Below, piece after piece: positions 13,801 to 27,340 of a stretch of 64,000 bases of DNA; the first letter of the stretch is position 1; every line of letters begins with the position of its first letter. The stretch covers positions 19,180,210-19,244,209 of the forward strand of contig NC_134030.1 in the NCBI RefSeq assembly GCF_964204645.1, read 5' to 3'. The DNA comes from Tubulanus polymorphus. Lineage: Eukaryota; Animalia; Nemertea. The notes under the pieces are model-generated. The model ran no database searches. It saw only the letters and a program-made list of their open reading frames with translations, and had not been told where the DNA came from. Both the position numbers and the translations under genes were made by a program.

Positions 13801-15558
13801 GATTCTTACTCGACGGCGCGAGTAGTGCGCGCACTCGCCGTGTGGGCGGATCCGCCGTGACGAACGTACGCGCGCCGTAGCTAAACCACGCCCCCGACTC
13901 ACAAACCGACCATTCGCGACAAAGCGCGCCACTAACCATCGAATCGCGAAAAATAGGCCAATAGCCGAGTCGGTTTTTTGCTCGCAGCTTTTCAGACGAG
14001 TAATAAGAGAATTTACTACGCGAACCACTATTCTGCGACGGTTAATTTGCTTCCGCGAGGAATTCGACGTAAAACTCGAGGCCTAATTTAAATACGATGA
14101 CGCAATCGCGCCGGTGCCTGGGACCCAGGGTCGCGCCGCGCGAAACCGCAAGTTCCCACGGGTTGCTGCGCAGGCATTTCAGTATGCAACTCGACTTCTC
14201 AATTCGGCTTCATCTATAAATAGATTTTCGTCGTAAATATCATATTTTCGTGCGGTTTCTTTATAACAAATCGTGATCGGCATAAACCAGAAATTACGTT
14301 GAGCGTAGCCGCCATTTTCAATAGGCATATATAAAAATGATCGCATCTGAGTAACTAGCTGGGTGCTGCTACGCGCATACCGATATGAATACATACTCTT
14401 TACAAATACAAACAAACCGTTTCTATACATCCAATTTACTAGATTTTATGAATGATGGGTCCAATCTGTTATTATTTGGACCTGTTCCACCGTGTATTCA
14501 GTGCCCTGTGGAGGTCATCAGTTGTAGGTGCCTGTTTAATTTGATTCGGGATCCAGTTCCGCAGTTTTGTGGTTTTAATAACACCCAGTTTCGCAGTTGG
14601 GTGAGTTCGTTCGACTCTAAATTCAGTCCCATAGTTGTTTGGGTTGATTTTTCGTACCATAGGGGCTCGTATCAGAGTTAGGTGTGGACACTCTAAAAAA
14701 CGATGATCTGTTTAGTGTCTAGGATATATATGTAAAAGAGACGCAGGATTGACAGATTATAGTTTTACAGTACATATAACTACCATACGAGTCCGGGGGC
14801 TGTGGATTTAAGCATGGGTCAAAGTCCAAAATTAAATGCGTTTAGTTTGTGTCTGAATCCAGTATTGCGTCAGTTTATTTTGTCTGTATCCAGTCTCACA
14901 GTAGTGATGGGTCTAATAGGAACACGCTGAACCTGATTCTACTAAATCTGAACCCTGATTCCACACTTGAGTGTTGGTTCATTGTGATTTCTAATAAAGA
15001 TCCACGGTCGTTGAGTCGATTTTAATTCGACACTGCATTCAGTACCGCAGTATAGTGCGGATTTGGTTCGAATCATCAATTTACTTAGCACCAATTCGTA
15101 AGTGTTTATTTCAAAGCTTAAACCTGATAAGTCCTGATAACTCGACTTAAGTCTTGAGAACGAAAAAAGACAGAATTCTCAGGCATCGTCGAGTCAGCTC
15201 AACTCACTTTTCGCACAGTCGAATACCGATGCTAATCTTGCCAAATACTGGAAGTGATCGTCTTTTGAAAGCGAATTTGCGCCAGGCGAAAAATCACAAC
15301 AGATCAATTCGAGCACGCGAACTGTATGACAATAGACGCATCAAAATCGATACGTTCGTCTGTCGTCTAGTCACGTGCGACCGTCCATAGCAACGGGTCG
15401 TCCGCCACTTGACACGTGATCAGCAGTACTTGCGTTCATATAAAGCCGGGAGTAATTAACATTGTTTTAATCGGTTGATTAAGCCCGCGAATTAAAATAA
15501 GCCCCGTTATCGATTTGCGACAAGATGGAAATCTAGCCGAGCGAAAGCGTTGCCATGG

Positions 15559-15630
15559 AGCAGAGTGGCGCAGTGGAAGCGTGCTGGGCCCATAACCCAG
15601 AGGTCCGTAGATCGAAACTACGCTCTGCTA
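15559..15630 (+). tRNA. tRNA-iMet-CAT: Initiator tRNA-Met (CAT), copy 1
   Basis: 72 nt, A1:T72, three G:C pairs in the anticodon stem (GGG/CCC), ATCGAAA T-loop diagnostic of eukaryotic initiator tRNA, oligo-T terminator. Confidence 0.97.
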
Positions 15631-15784
15631 TCTATTTTTTTTCAAGATCTTGATATCATATCTAAGCCAACTTGGTGATTATCTTAGTTCTAATGGATTT
15701 TGCTTCGTAAGTAAAAGCATGGAATGGTGACTAGATACGTATGAATTTTTCATTACGAATATACAACTTTTTGCGATATATCGT

Positions 15785-15970
15785 GATTGATAGAACGCTA
15801 TATCCGTGTTGACGCGATGTAGAGAGAATCCCACAATTATAACGAAAAAGTCCGAAAATGTAACTTCGAGAAGATGACTATAAGAATATAGTCGAAACGT
15901 TGATATAAACTACTGTCTCGAAGTTACATTTTCGGACTTTTTTTTAATCAGTGTGGGATTCTCTCTACAT
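15785..15970. mobile_element. Penelope-like fragment: inverted terminus joined to a direct 5'-truncated terminus
   Basis: 15785-15870 is the reverse complement of ~7423-7508; 15871-15970 is a direct copy of ~7377-7476 beginning inside the hammerhead box. Confidence 0.7.
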
Positions 15971-16033
15971 TTAGCTAAATATAGTGAAAAATATGCCATT
16001 GATGTCTCTATGGTATGTCGATGGTAAGTGTGC

Positions 16034-16105
16034 AGCAGAGTGGCGCAGTGGAAGCGTGCTGGGCCCATAACCCAGAGGTCCGTAGATCGAAACTACGCTC
16101 TGCTA
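16034..16105 (+). tRNA. tRNA-iMet-CAT: Initiator tRNA-Met (CAT), copy 2
   Basis: Identical to copy 1; trailer TCTATTTTT. Confidence 0.97.
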
Positions 16106-16239
16106 TCTATTTTTGCATTTGATTCGTTTATTTCAACCTTGGACTCTAAGAAGAAACGACTCTAAGAGTCCTTGTTTTAAGAAAAATACATGTTTGCTAC
16201 ATTAGTCGTAAATTTGCAGTTGATAGAGAAGAAACTAGT

Positions 16240-16640
16240 AAAGTCTAGGGTTTTTATACCGCAGCAAAGCCATTTTGCAAATCTGCACATACGTAGACTA
16301 ATTTTGCAAGACATATTCGTGAGACCAAAACCTGTTTGGCAAAATCTACAACTTCCAGGCAATTCATTTCCTACCAGTAAATATTCTCTCAAAATACATT
16401 CTCACCTCCAGCTACTCTAACTCCCATCTCTGCGATAACCCCAACTGTTATAATTGTTCCTAAATCACTCTTTTCGCTTTTCTTAACCTTATTCTTTGTC
16501 ATTGTCTTCTCTTAGGCTTCCATTCCTTCTTTCTTTTCAAGGGTGCTTGCTGTAGCGGCCTTTTGGTCTAAGAACTTGGCCCTCATATAAAACCTCTCAA
16601 TTTTATGTTTTTGTTCTCTTTGTAAATATTGTTATAACAT
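16240..16640 (+). mobile_element. Possible decayed 3' end of a CR1/L2-group LINE
   Basis: Frameshifted RTNFARH...PVWQNL...KYSLKIH-like residues followed by a pyrimidine-rich 3'UTR-like tract; weak, recall-based. Confidence 0.3.
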
Positions 16641-16674
16641 GCGTTTTGAAAATATGTTCAGATCGAACCACCTC

Positions 16675-16746
16675 AGCAGAGTGGCGCAGTGGAAGCGTGC
16701 TGGGCCCATAACCCAGAGGTCCGTAGATCGAAACTACACTCTGCTA
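16675..16746 (+). tRNA. tRNA-iMet-CAT: Initiator tRNA-Met (CAT), copy 3, with one T-stem mismatch
   Basis: As copy 1 except G>A at 16738 (CTACA instead of CTACG), giving a C:A mismatch at the base of the T stem. Confidence 0.9.
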
Positions 16747-16883
16747 TCCATTTTTGGAATCGTGATGAAGTTTTTTAACTGAATTTTTGTCGATTTTGCT
16801 CGGAGAAATGAACACAAAAGAAGTTTCCGATTTCATGATACGAACAAAATCTCCAAATTTCCTAAAGTGCAAAGGTCTGAGTC

Positions 16884-16956
16884 AGAAAAGTGTTGCACTG
16901 TGAACGCGCTCGGGTCTGTAACCAGGAGTTCTGAAGTTAGAAACTACACTTAGTTA
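16884..16956 (+). pseudogene. Heavily decayed tRNA-iMet relic
   Basis: AGAAAAGTGTTGCACTGTGAACGCGCTCGGGTCTGTAACCAGGAGTTCTGAAGTTAGAAACTACACTTAGTTA aligns end to end with the tRNA-iMet gene with one gap; anticodon and stems are destroyed. Confidence 0.6.
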
Positions 16957-17439
16957 AAGACATTTCACTCCGAGCAAATTTCGCAAATCTATTTTACTTT
17001 CAAAAGCTAATCGCCTCGAATTGACTCCGACTCGAACGCATTAGTTTTCACCGCTCGATTCAATAAAGCGTATACCGCGCATCCTTTTGAATTCCGACGT
17101 CGTCGTCGCGCGAGTTTCTCGGTCGGGAATTCGACGCACGATTCGGCGAACGATCGAGGTCGTTACGGCGGGCGCAAACAAACGAGCATCGCCGACCATT
17201 ATCTCCCAGAATAGCGGTTACTTAGGCGCTAATCTGGCCGCGTATAATGTGGCTAATCGTGGCTTTAACTACGGCCGACTAGTCGCTGATTCACGGTCGT
17301 AGAAGGCCTAGATATACCTGCAGTAAAAGTATCGCTTTCGCGGAGACGTCCATCAACGGTTAATCGGTGTCGGGTATTTCTCGGTCGTATTATTGCTCGA
17401 CTCGTGTTCGCTCGATTTGCCGATTAATCGCGCTCTGAT

Positions 17440-17441
<2 letters not shown>

Positions 17442-17476
<35 letters not shown>
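17442..17476. repeat. (CTG)n microsatellite, about 11 units
   Basis: Directly visible. Confidence 0.95.
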
Positions 17477-19020
17477 AGATGCCGGCGACCATCGCCTGTC
17501 TGCTCAACTAATAAAACACAAAGTCGTCTCAGTAGAATAGTTAGATGTTTATAGATCCCTCCAATAGTCAGTATCTTGTAAATAGTGTGCGCACATCTAT
17601 AGATAAATCATCGGTACAGAGTTCAAATGTCGATTAAAAATCCATAGAAGAACAAACCGAGAATCTAGCATCTAGATAAGCATCTAGTGAGCATCTAGAT
17701 AACTATATAGATAAAGAAGTTTCTAGGATTTTTTTTTACAAGAACATAGGGTGGTAGGGTGTAGGGAAAATACCGAAAACAAATATTTTAGGCGTTTTAA
17801 AATGGAAGGGAACGGGAACAAAATAGTGACAAATCTAGATAACTATATAAATTGGTTGGAGGTTTTTGAAGGACGGGCATCACAGTTATTGGGCGGGGTA
17901 TTTCGTGTTGATGTGGCAATTCTATGGTCCTAAGTTTGGGAAGGTTTTTCAGCATTTGGTTTAAATGTGAATAATTACAAGGAGGCATTAGATTTAGTAA
18001 AAGAAATTCGTAACAAAATTGATTAATTATCAAGACAACATCAGCCATTTTGGAAGATGTCTCCTTCTACGAGGACATTAGTGAACTAGCCTATAGCCTA
18101 CCATTGGTTATCTCATATCAATATCGCTTTAAAGATAATGAATGGAGCAAGTTTTGAAAACGTGTTGTACATTTTTGCTGCGGCGAGGAGCGTAGCGTGT
18201 TAAAGTATTTTTCTGGTTTTATTCGACTGGGTGCATTTAGAAAATCAAAACCAGAAAACCGACATCTAGTCGGTTATGGGGAATTCTGTACAGCGCATGT
18301 GAAGAGTGAGTGGATCCTATTGAATTTTTACACGCCTGCCACCGGAAACACGCAAAGTGGCCGGATATGACGACAATCCACACGACGAGAACAATGGCGG
18401 TAAAATCAATTAGTGGAATTGATTTTTAATTCAAATATTACAGGTCGGATAAGTGTAACACTGTTGTGAATAGAGCATGTAACAAGTACGTATATACAAC
18501 CCGATCATGCGAACGAACTTGCAGCAGGTATGCACCTATAGCCGTGATCTCGCGATTTCACGTTTTTGACTCCGGTAAATTTTGGCACGTTTCAGGATGC
18601 GGGCCGGACCAAATCGGTCTCTGATTCGGACGCATCAAGAAGGCGCATCGGGCACGTGCAATATTCTAGCAATCTGATTCCGATTCTAGAAGCGGCTAGC
18701 CTCGCTTGCCGCGGCATCGTTTTGATAGCATTTTCGTACGGCTGCGGCAGATCCTGGCTGGCAGAAAGGGGAGATATATTTCAAGTACAGTTCACCTCAT
18801 ATGAAAAGGGAAATTTCTAGAACTTGCAAAACAATTAGGGACATTTTAATGCAATTCTAGTGCACATTATAACGAGATCAATACATGGGATAAGAAGCCC
18901 ATGTTAAGTGTATTTTGAAAACGGTACTCGGTCAGAAAGGGGGGGGGGTTCCGCTACCAGAAACAAGTTGAGCAAAATGCTCACTCGGAAAATATATCAT
19001 TACACATGTTGCAAAAAAGC

Positions 19021-19092
19021 TAGCAGAGCGTAGTTTCGATCTACGGACCTCTGGGTTATGGGCCCAGCACGCTTCCACTGCGCCACTCTGCT
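19021..19092 (-). tRNA. tRNA-iMet-CAT: Initiator tRNA-Met (CAT), copy 4
   Basis: Exact reverse complement of copy 1; A6 (minus-strand T6 terminator) just left of it. Confidence 0.97.
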
Positions 19093-19314
19093 GTGTTGAT
19101 ACAGTATTGTTGTTTCGCTAATAAAACACCAGGTGTACGTATATGCGGATTTACAAATCTGATTTTTATTACGGTTTACATTGAAACTCCCGAATAAAAC
19201 TAGTTTCCTTTTAATGAAAATAACAATTTACACCAAATTTAGTCATCCGTACAGTTATCTACTAGGAAAACCTGTCATAGTTTTGGTTGGGATGAATGAT
19301 TAGAAAAAAGTGGT

Positions 19315-19386
19315 TAGCAGAGCGTAGTTTCGATCTACGGACCTCTGGGTTATGGGCCCAGCACGCTTCCACTGCGCCACTCTGCT
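19315..19386 (-). tRNA. tRNA-iMet-CAT: Initiator tRNA-Met (CAT), copy 5
   Basis: Exact reverse complement of copy 1; T6 terminator on the minus strand. Confidence 0.97.
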
Positions 19387-20453
19387 GGCATGCCGTCACT
19401 GTGTCGTTTAGGAAATGCCATTAATATTCATTACACAAAGGCTGGACTTATTTCATGTTCAAGTGAAACAAAACATACGACCATATATCATAAATGTTTG
19501 TCCATTTTCTGGGAGCAATATTACCAAAGCTCTTCCTTAAAAGGAACAACTAGCATATATCAATAACTAGTCTCAAGAATTTCCTTATTCCTCGTGTCTC
19601 TTTAAACACTGAAACCTTGTTTGATTTAGTCATGAAATGAGTTCCCTCTCACGAAACAGATCTCCGGCTGATCTCGGAGAGAGTGTTGACGCTATAAACG
19701 CGTTTTTGACATCGATATAAACGGGGTCAGAAGCGGTTTACGCGGCTTTATCCTCGCATCGACGCGGAACAAAGACATCGCGTATCGTATCCTCGCATCG
19801 GAACGTGTTCATGAAAGGACGAAGTGCCATTTTAAAGTTGATCCTCATCGCCCATTGTCGAGACGCGTTCTGAAAACATTGACTTTATTATGGAAATAAA
19901 TAATAGCGGTATATGAGAAATATCGATCGGGTCGAAATTGAGTCGGCGTATTTTTGGCAACGTGCCTCGGCGCGCGTTGCCATGCCAGCAAGAGCAGGCG
20001 GGCGACCGGAGACCAGGCTCCGTACTCGGTTACCCGCCAGTCCCAACTGGTGCCATCCGCGTCGACTCCCACGACTGACGTCAGAAGCCTTTGTGGCCGG
20101 CCGCACAGACGAATTAATAAAATATTTAAAGATATTTAAATTGTACAGCTGTTTATTTTCAAACGTTGTAATACTAGAGTCGCTAGATGAAGAACGCAAG
20201 AAACGGATATGAATCAAGAGTTTGAATAAGTGAAATGTTTGGTAAAAGTGTCGGGAAACAGTGTGACTGAAGTCTGAAGGCTTATGTAATGTAATGTACA
20301 GTAATTCATTTCATCATCAATTATAATTACAAATAAAATGTATAACAAATAAGTAGATTGATGATGACCTGAACAGAGCCTTAGAGGCTGTACAATCACT
20401 AGGACGTTCAGGCCCCTAGAGAGAAAAAAAAGAAGAAGATTGATGGAAATGAT

Positions 20454-20620
<167 letters not shown>

Positions 20621-21679
20621 ATACGTATGTGGTGAAAAACGTATGTGTAAAAAGTGTTTATCTTTTGAAATAAATTATTATTGTCACTTTAATTCATGTA
20701 CAGGCTATATACATATGGAAATATGAGTCATTTTTTTGTATTCAATCTACTCAGTGTAACTCATCATTTGGATAAGTCGTCACGTTACTGAGATCGTTAC
20801 TTCATTTTTGAGACCTTTTTGAGGTTGACTACTAGCTCACGCGTATATCGCTGGTGGTTCGAGTCCGGGGTCACGGGGGTCGCCTGGCTGCCTGAGAACG
20901 GAAATCACGTGAATTTGTGATCGGAAATTAAACTCGTCAAACGGGTTCAGCGAAATCTATTGTCAAAAAGCGAATCGGGAGTCGATCGGATAAATACAGC
21001 CGGGTTAATGAAACAAGAAATTGGGGGCGAGACACGCACACACACCGCCGGTCGATTACCGTCGCTGTCGGTGAGGCTTCCGTGATAGAGAAGCCGCCGC
21101 TATATAGAACGTAAAACGGTCGAAATGTCAGTCACCTTTTTAATGTGTATATCACTAAAACATTTTTAAATACAACTTTCGTGCAATTCTTTTAAAAAAG
21201 ATTGATATCTTTTAAGCGCCTCTAAGACTATAAATGTCACCAAAAATTCGTGAATTTTTGATATCACAAATAAACATGTCGAAAAATGATGTTTTGTTTT
21301 CGGTGTCCTGTGTTTGGCTTAGGTGTATTATTTACCCATCGGTACTATGTCAATTAGATCCACCCCTGCATCGGGCCACCGAACTTACGAAAGTCCAGAC
21401 TTTATTTCTATCCACGACTGCAGGTGAGACATTTCGAATTGAAAGCAAAATAGAGAATTGATATCTTGTTTTTGTTTTCTGCTGGGTTTTAAAGTTGATC
21501 CGGTCGGTTTCCTATCTACCCTGCACATTATTTCTGTTTTGTTTAATGGAATCATGATCAAGCTAACAATAACACACCCAGCAGTTTTAGAAATGAGTGC
21601 AATTTCTAGCGTTCAGTTATTTGCTAGGACTAACTGTCATAGCTTTGGTTAGAATGAATGAATCAGTTGCAAAAATAGA

Positions 21680-21751
21680 TAGCAGAGCGTAGTTTCGATC
21701 AACGGACCTCTGGGTTATGGGCCCAGCACGCTTCCACTGCGCCACTCTGCT
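21680..21751 (-). tRNA. tRNA-iMet-CAT: Initiator tRNA-Met (CAT), copy 6, with one T-stem mismatch
   Basis: As copy 1 except at 21701 (tRNA CGTTG instead of CGTAG), giving a T:T mismatch in the T stem. Confidence 0.9.
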
Positions 21752-24657
21752 GTCGGTAGGTTTTTACGGTCCATTTTGAAGATTTATTCTCTGTTATGTG
21801 GATTTGGAAAATAGCCTTAACATCAGTATACAAAATCCGAATTTAATGGAAGTAAATTCATGACAAATAACAACAGCTAAGTTGCGTCATCGTGGTTAGA
21901 AACCACGTATCACTTCGTTTTAGCCTAGCCAGTTTGTATGTTTGGTAATGGCATTTTGTTCTGCGCCAAGACGAGCCATATATCCGATGGGTTCGGTCGA
22001 ATTACTCAGTCGGCTGCGGTGAGCGGGACGGCTTATCAGTCGGTCAGTCGGTTCTTTACGGCTTATTCAAGAAAGCGAAATGCTAAATGCCCGACGAAAC
22101 GGCGTTGATATGCGAAACGTGCCCCGGCACGCTAATCAACCGCATAGAACTAACGAATGATAGATGGTTGGCCCGGTTTTATAAACTCGCGCGGATCAAA
22201 TCTATGATGCTTGTGCAATGAATAGAATAATGGCGCTTATTGTGGACGAGAGGTAAATATACGCGGGTATCTTTTACAAAAGAGATAGGATTTAATGGAT
22301 GGATCGGTATGAACAGCGGATGGGAGTGTCTGACTGGTTTACTGGTTTAGGAAGTAAAGGAGCTTTAGTCACGCGTCGCGGCGCACCGGCGTCTATATCG
22401 TTCTGTAGCCAAGAGAGGATACGTGATTCTCTTATTCTCTGAACGGGTGTGGACCTTGTCATTGGAATGGACACTCTTAATTTGTAAATGATAGCTATGC
22501 TAATGCCAGTGTGAAACATTAGTGAGATTTCAGGTCGACCTCCCGCAGAAAATTTAGGACAAACTTTGTTGCCCTTATCGGAGCCCATTTTGGATTATTT
22601 CTAGTCTTTTGAGTATTCTTTGCAAAAAAAATGCAGATTATTTTGAATGCCGGATAGGACCAGTTGGACTTAAGTTTTCTAAACAAGCCCTTGGTAGTCA
22701 GGGTATTACCAGGACCCAGTCCGTGTGTGTTAAGTTTGACTGCTGTGGAAGATTGTATGACAGTCGTTTCTTTAACACAGCCGTGTCACTGACAGAAAGC
22801 ACAAAAAAGAAGTATTGACAGCTAAACGAGTGGAAAGCTCAATCACAATATTATATTCCGGATGAGTGAACCTTGTGTCCGCTCAAGTGCTTCATAACTG
22901 TTGAGGGTCTAATGCACTTGCTTGTAATTGTCTTCCGATTCTGAGTACCTTTGGCGCGATTCCTACGGCTTAAAACACTATTATTCTATATCAATCATCT
23001 CCAAAATGGTCAACCTTTGTACAATTGTAATATAAGTGTGTACCACTGAAAAAATATTTGATAGATGATAAGCCTATGTTATCAGTCAAACCCATTTCAT
23101 AGATACTTATACATACTGATCTATAAGACATATAATAGTTAAAAGTGACGCCATTTTGAAACCTGAATGCGGTCATCTCTTTAATGAGTGTATTTGGAAA
23201 AGGCTTTAAAAAAGGGAAAAATGAAACCATTGTCAACATTTAGTGAATTTACTATCACTCGGCGAACGATGGAATAAGAAAGAATCACATATTGCGTTGG
23301 GTTTGTTTTCTTAAATAAGGACGACTGTCAAACAGATTCCGTCGTCATTATCGAAATCTTGACTTCACATTTTCAGAAAAACAACAAAGGCATCCGAGAA
23401 TTCTTTTTTTCGTATCAATTCCTATAAAGCCCTTTGCTGATAGCGCATTCGGGGTAGTTGATGTCCTAATGCACGCACCAGCGCACCTGGTGGATCCTCA
23501 CTGGCCACAAGTTGAGTACGCGATTGCTACTACCGTACGCTAAACGATCTCGGAACCCACCATGGCTACTGCCTTTCGTCAAGAAAGATTGTTTTACAAT
23601 TGCTAATCACGAGTTCTTGCAGCCTCGAAATGGGACGCAGAATATGTATACCGAATAAGTTCATAAGACATTCAAATACCAATGGACTCGTCGCTGATAT
23701 AAGGAAAGACTTTGCGTGACGAAGAAAATATGCGAGTCTGATTGATCTGTTTGGAATTGATTCTTATAAAAACGGAGACAAACGCATGGACACTTCTCAT
23801 TGATTCATTCATTATCATAATATTTCTTTCATTCGTGGACCATAAAACGTTGGCATTGGATATTGCAATTTGCTTTCATTTACTTTACGGCTTTATCACA
23901 GCTATTCTTACTGGTTCCCTCCAATCGATGAACCGCGTGACGAGATAATTCTGATTTGGAGCATCAGTTTCCACTACGAAATGATATTCATTTCAGAATA
24001 AATATAGCCCATGTACTATATCATATGTAACATCATGTCATTACATGATTCATCTTCATTTCATGCGCCGTATATGTGCACAGTTGAACCGTCGGTCAGT
24101 TTACCATATCGGGTAAGGAAATCCAATCCCGACAGTGAGAATCTCTACTTCCATCATTTAGAATATATAGTAATACCCCCTCACTCGATCAGTGTCATTC
24201 TACCACTCACCTGGACGAGTCGGTAATATATCTATTTAGTTGAATTCATGAGTGGATATTTCTTTAATTTACGGACCTTGAACAGCCATTTCTCGGGCAA
24301 AAGATCACCTATAACTGAGCTAGATCCCCCTTAATGCACCTCATTCGAATCCCAACGATTGTTCTCTGTGCGCGTTCTCCAAACTCACGATAAAACCGGA
24401 GCCAAAGCAGGGACTCGATAAAAAAACAAAAAATCCGTGGTCAGACAAACAATTCAGATTCCCGCTTTAATTTACTGATGCCGCCAGTTTCCATCGAACG
24501 CAAGAATTCTAGTCAATCAGAGTGGCGAATGGACACAAGCTTTGGCCTGTTTGTAATAGTAGAGATTAGGCAATTAAATCAAAGTCGTGAAAAATGTACA
24601 TGAATTTTAATCAATCTTTATTGAGATTCTAAATTGACACGTATCGGATTTGCTTTA

Positions 24658-25471
24658 TTAGCACACACCAGATGTAGCGTATACAGAATTCCTCCTCCCG
24701 CTTCCACATTTTTCCGCTCGGTTTCCTGGGCAGCGCATGTTGCATTCAGAATCTGGTACTGGACCATACCTACCAACCGTGTTACTGCAATAACACTGCC
24801 AACTATATTGGAGTGCAGCAAATTTTAATCCTAAAAATGCAAATAATAAGTATTATTAGGTCTGGCAAACTATTCAATGAAATCGATTCTCGAAATTAAT
24901 ATTTTCGAATACATCAAGAGTTCCAGCAATGGGCAAGCAGAGGCAGAGTTTTGAAAAATGCTCGTCCCTCAGGGTTAACCACACGCACACACTGGTTCAT
25001 TTATAACATCTAGATGACAACTTGACAATATGCGGCAGTTTCTAATGTAATTTCCTTACCTCTTGCTTTACATTTCGCAATGCATTTCTCGATAGTCAAA
25101 TTCTTTTTATCGGCTGCGATACCAGCAACCGGACTCGGTTTTGTCATATCTCTGGGAAAACCGTCTTTAAAACATAATTGCGACATCCTGGCGGCGAAAG
25201 TAAAACAACAAAGTCAACAAAGAAGAAATGAAAAAGGAGATTATCAGAAATAATTGATACTCTAGAAACATAACGATTAACACGAAGCGTTGAAGCAGTT
25301 GGAATCCTGGACTGCAACTGATGAGTGAATTATCTTATTAGAATCATCACATCTCACAGTACGAAGCTCCTCTTTACCAAATACACGTCAAAGATAGATC
25401 GATAACAAACCTTCAATAGCTCCAATGACCATAAACAAAGCCAAGGCGACGAACAGAGATTTAGTAAACAT
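24658..25471 (-). pseudogene. Secreted single-WSC-domain protein gene, three coding exons, apparently frameshifted
   Basis: Exon 25471-25411 [20 protein letters not shown] (signal, phase 1). Exon 25187-25060 ..CFKDGFPRDM...LTIEKCIAKCKAR. Exon 24830-24658 GLKFAALQYSWQCYCSN...ECNMRCPGNRAEKCGSGRRNSVYATSGVC*, a classic WSC Cys pattern. All introns GT-AG, AATAAA at the stop. The middle exon is 128 nt between two phase-1 introns, so the frame is broken near 25175. Confidence 0.8.
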
Positions 25472-25597
25472 TCTGTAAGTGAATTAGAAATATTCTTACC
25501 AACCACGAAACCACGACGTACTACATGTATACGAGTATGACAGTGGACTCGAATGTTGACCAGTTTTCTCCCTTTTCACTCGCAGTGTATGCACTTA

Positions 25598-25654
25598 CCT
25601 GAGTTTTCAACTGCACAACAACTTATCTAGCAGTAGAAATCTATCTGTTATATA
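25598..25654 (-). promoter_or_regulatory. Putative TATA box and short 5'UTR exon of the WSC gene
   Basis: TATATAA at 25654-25648 (minus), a GTAAGTG donor at 25598, and an acceptor CAG one base before the ATG. Confidence 0.5.
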
Positions 25655-26837
25655 CAGTCCATTGGTCGGTAAGCGGCTTTCAGAATTGAATATTTATTAA
25701 ACGGAATTCTGTCCTGCATTGGAATTATTCATATTTTCATTGCACATACAGTCATTCATTGATAGACGATTTTTGCAACTTTCAAGACTCAATAAGAGAA
25801 GTTTCTTTTTTTCATTTTTCATAGCCGCTGCTAGCCCAGTCAGCCAGAATTAAACAAATAAAAACGCTCAGTAGATACTAAGAAAAGTTTATTTTCTAAC
25901 AGTTTCAGGGTTACCTCTAAACCCCATCATCAGATGAACTATAAAATGATACTATAATGCATTATAGTAACTCAAAAATATAGTGATTATCTAGGAAGGG
26001 AACTAGGAGCCAAGAAACAATCACTAAGATACACACGAATAGGACAAATAGATTCTGAAAAAGGATTATGTAGCAGATATATTCATACCAGATAATATGT
26101 ATTTAGAGTTTGGTTGTTGTGGTGGAGGGGGGGATCTGTATTATAATTCTGTAAGATTGTTTCTCAGCTACTGGTTCCCTTGCTACATACCTGCATATCT
26201 GCTATATCTACTGTGGGTCTTATTTGTTAACTCTACACTGAGATTAATATCAGTTCACTATAGTCTATAGTCAACCAGAAGTTTCTCTTCTTATTTTTAA
26301 AAAAATCAAAATCCTTATCTTTTCGCTGTTTATAATGACGTTAAGTATGAATAAATCCAATGGCTGTGTTTTGTATGTGGTTTATCTTTTTTTTCGATAT
26401 CGAAAAAACTATGGTTAAAAATAAATACGGGAGCCAAGGATTTCCTACGCTTTTTGTCCAGACTAGTTTTTCTCGGCTATATTTCAGAAACAAAATGGCA
26501 ATAATAGCAATACAATGTACAGTAGTTGACTAGTGCAGCTATTGACCGTGATGCGCGGATTCTGAACCGGTGAATCAATTAATATACAATGAATGGGGTA
26601 CCGGCAACGCTACTGTGGCAAGCGGAATTCCGCCATAATCCGCCAGGTTCGCTAGTGTACAATACGACGTCAACGCTGGATTTCTTCTCAAACTCGATTA
26701 AAACCTAACAATAATTTCTCAAATTCCACGCAGATTCATGAAAATCGTGGCACGTATGAACTCTTATTAGTTCGTATGAACTAATTTTGATCGAGTGCGT
26801 CTGATATCTCAGTGGATATTCTCAAAATGCTTGTCAC

Positions 26838-27340
26838 GTGACCATCTGAGCCGGTGCAGTTGCCAGTAATCGTAACCGACACAAGCGGGGAAGCAACTGT
26901 GTGGATCCGGAATCCCGTTAGCCGGCCTCAGTTGCTGGGAATCGGAGCGCAGTCGTCATAAGCTGGGCTAGGATCCCGGTTGCTCTCAGTTGCGTCGGTA
27001 GGAGTCGGTAGGCGTCGCGTCGCTTGTCGACGTAAGCCAGCCTCAAGGTAGGACTGAGATAAAACGTTCGGAGGCAGCGTAAAATGCATGAAGTAGATAC
27101 GGCAGGAGAGCTTTAAAAATATTCAAACTTCTGTTACGAATATTCGACAACTCGCACCCTAATATTCATATATAATTTCCGCATTTAGCTTCTCATGTAT
27201 TCTGTTGAATCAAGATGAAATAGAATTTATTCATTTTATAAGAATGCAGAATGAATGCGAATGTAAATGAATAGATAACGTTTGAATGGCTCATTATTGG
27301 TATAAATTCCTAAATAATGTAAATAAATGGACTAAGTGGA
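26838..27340. repeat. Segmental duplication block A (second copy ~35405-35890)
   Basis: About 500 bp colinear, from ACCATCTGAGCCGGTGCAGTTGCCAG to ATGTAAATAAATGGAC; both copies share the same flank beyond the GC-rich transposon-like part. Confidence 0.85.
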
